Assembly (NCBI GenBank): GCA_038087875.1
Contig: CM075988.1
Span: forward strand, 21,888,001 to 21,952,000
From: Malacoraja senta
Taxonomy: Eukaryota
Direction of reading: 5' to 3'
DNA: 64,000 nt
A model generated the notes under the pieces. The model was not told where the DNA came from, made no database searches, and worked only from the letters and a program-made list of their open reading frames with translations. How positions within the stretch are numbered: position 1 is the first letter of the stretch; every line of letters starts with the position of its first letter. The translations under genes and the position numbers were made by a program. Shown piece by piece: positions 61,680-64,000 of this stretch.

Positions 61680-62020
61680 TGTCTTCCTCCCCTTCATCTC
61701 CACCCTCCATCTTCCTTCCCCTCTCCTACTCCCCTCCCTCACTCCCTCCCTCACCTCTCCTTTCCCCTACCCTCAGTCCCTCCCTCCATAACCCCTCTCC
61801 CCTCCCTATCCCCCTCCTCTCCCTCTATCTCCCTGCAGCCCCACTCCCCTCTCTCTCCTCACCTCCCCCACTGCCCTCCCCTCCCTCTATCCCCCACTCC
61901 CTACATCCCCCACTCTCTCTCCTCACCTCCCCCACTTTCCCCTCCCTCTCCCTTCCTACCCCCTCCTCTCCATCCCCCTGCTCCTCCACTCCTCACCTCC
62001 CCCCTATCCCATCCCCCGGC
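61680..62020. repeat. Low-complexity polypyrimidine (C/T-rich) tract
   Basis: About 340 nt almost devoid of G on the + strand. Confidence 0.85.
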
Positions 62021-62671
62021 AATGGAAATCGCAATGTTTCTTTTTAAATGAAGCCCCACCCCCCCCCTCCACAATGAAAAGCGCGATAAAAAAAAAAATA
62101 ATAATCAATGAAAATTGTGTTTTTTCTTTAAAATAACCTAAACACAATGTTAGCTGTTAATGAAAACAGAAGAATTTGATTTAAATGATTTTTAAAAAAT
62201 AGTGATTTCTCATGTAAATGAGATTCAGGATCACATTGTGATGTCATTGTGACGTTGAAAATGGCTGACGGGCAGGGCAAGTGGAAAAGTGGTTTGAAAA
62301 GTGTTTTTTGTAAAGTTTAAAACGTCCATAACTTGTAAAATATAACATCAATCCGAACAAAACTTGGTGCGTAAGGAGGGCCAAAATTGTAGCGCTGTTG
62401 TGTACCGTTTTGGCGGGGTTTGGGGATCGCATGCACACGCATGCATACAAACAAACAAACAAGATGAGAGTTTTAGTAATATAGAAAGATATAGATGGGT
62501 CAACGGGCAGCTGGGATTAGTGTAGAGGGGTCATCTTGATTGGCGTGGGCAAGTTGGACCGAATATCCTGTTTCCGTGCTTTATGACTATGACACCATGA
62601 CCATGACAAATAATTTGATTATTATCACGTTGTTATGTAAATTACCCTGCAAATCTCACATGCAGGGCCCC

Positions 62672-63248
62672 AGTGTGAGACCACACCTGGAGTATTGTGT
62701 GCAGTTTTGGTCTCCAAATTTGAGGAAGGGCATTCTTGCTATTGAGGGAGTGCAGCGTAGGTTCACGAGGTTAATTCCCGGGATGGCGGGACTGTCATAT
62801 GTTGATAGAATGGAGCGGCTGGGTTTGTATACTCTGTAATTTAGAAGGATAAGAGGGGATCTTATTGAAACATATGTGATTATTAATGGTTTGGACATGC
62901 TAGAGGCAGGAAACATATTCCCGATGTTGGGGGAGTCCAGAACCAGGGGCCACAGTTTAAGAATAAGGGGTAGGGTAGGCCATTTAGAACGGAGATGAGG
63001 AAACACTTTTTCACCCAGAGATTTGTGAATCTGTGAAAATCTCTGCCTCAGAAGGCAGTGGAGGCCAATTCTCTGGATGCTTTCAAGAGAGAGTTAGATA
63101 GAGTCTTAAAAATAGCAGAGTCAGGGGATATGGGGAGAAGGCAGGAACGGGGTACTGAATGCAGATGATCAGCCAATATCACAGTGAATGGCAGTGCTGG
63201 CTCAAAGGGCCGAATGGCCTACTCCTGCACATATTGTCTATTGTCTAA
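62672..63248 (+). mobile_element. CR1 3' fragment
   Basis: RPHLEYCVQFWSP motif, the 3' UTR and a (tctattg) tail. Older CR1 pieces also occur at about 48325-48670, 53620-53955(-) and 57055-57265(-). Confidence 0.88.
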
Positions 63249-64000
63249 GTTGGCCTAGTCATGTCAAATGTAATTTTTAAATTCTTTAAATAAGTCTAGA
63301 AATTTCCCTTTGCCATTTTTCTCACTTTATGATGAATAGTTATCTCCCTAACTCCTTTGAAAGGCTAAAAGATTGCAAGGTTTATTCTCGCCCATTAAAA
63401 ATGTGTTAGGCTTCAACATAATGTTACTCCATTTCAGAAACAGCCAGAATTACCAGTTGAATTTAGAGTCATAGAGTCATGCAGCACGGAAACTGGCCCT
63501 TCGGCCCGACACCTCCATGCCAACCAAGATGCCCCATCTAAGCTTAGTTTAGTTTATTGTCACGGGTACCGAGGTACAGTGAAAAGCTTTTGTTTTTGTT
63601 GCGTGCTAACCAGACAGTGGAAAGACAATACATTATTACAACCGAGCCATTCACAGTGTACAAGGGAATAACGTTTATTGCAAGATAAAGCCAGTAAAGT
63701 CCGATCAAAGGTAGTCCGAGGGTCATCAAAGAGATAAATTGTAGTTCAGGACTGCTCTCTGGTTGTGGTAGGATGGTTCAGTGGTCTGATAACAGCTGGG
63801 AAGAAACTGTCCCTGAATCTGGAGGTGTGCATTTTCACACTTCTGTACCTTTTGCCAATGGGAGAGGGGAGAAGAGGGAGTGGCCAGAGTGATAAACCCC
63901 ATTTTCCCAGGTCTGACTCATATCCATCTATACCTCTCCTATCTAGCACTCTGAGGAGTGCAGGTAGATGGTTCCTTGAAAGTGGCGTCACAGGTAGATG

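Noticed and set aside
61661..62047. Pro/Ser/Leu-rich 128-aa ORF (similar case at 50702-51247)
   Set aside because: Artefact of translating C/T low-complexity tracts.

Overview
Eukaryotic, repeat-dense genomic DNA, most likely from an elasmobranch (skate/ray/shark), inferred from HE1/V-SINE-like SINEs and HER1/CR1 LINEs. Most of the ORF track is transposon debris or antisense noise. One host gene can be reconstructed on the + strand from four phase-compatible GT-AG exons (45829-45988, 51423-51603, 54052-54107, 58665-58813). It encodes a 181-aa secreted, heavily N-glycosylated, GPI-anchor-type protein resembling PLET1. A tandem duplication (about 34314-43580 and 43581-50890) copied the promoter, signal-peptide exon and most of intron 1, but not exon 2. 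This leaves a second intact first exon (40470-40629) that could splice onto the shared exons 2-4. Mobile elements: a structurally complete DIRS1-type tyrosine-recombinase retrotransposon (gag-like, RT, RNase H, adenine-MTase-like domain, YR, ITR/ICR) inserted into a SINE; a Gypsy integrase/LTR remnant; an IR-DR Tc1 transposon with several nested insertions; hAT- and Harbinger-like non-autonomous elements; CR1, L2 and L1 LINE fragments; and many Penelope-derived repeats carrying a minimal hammerhead-ribozyme core. Family assignments come from motif recognition, not database searches.
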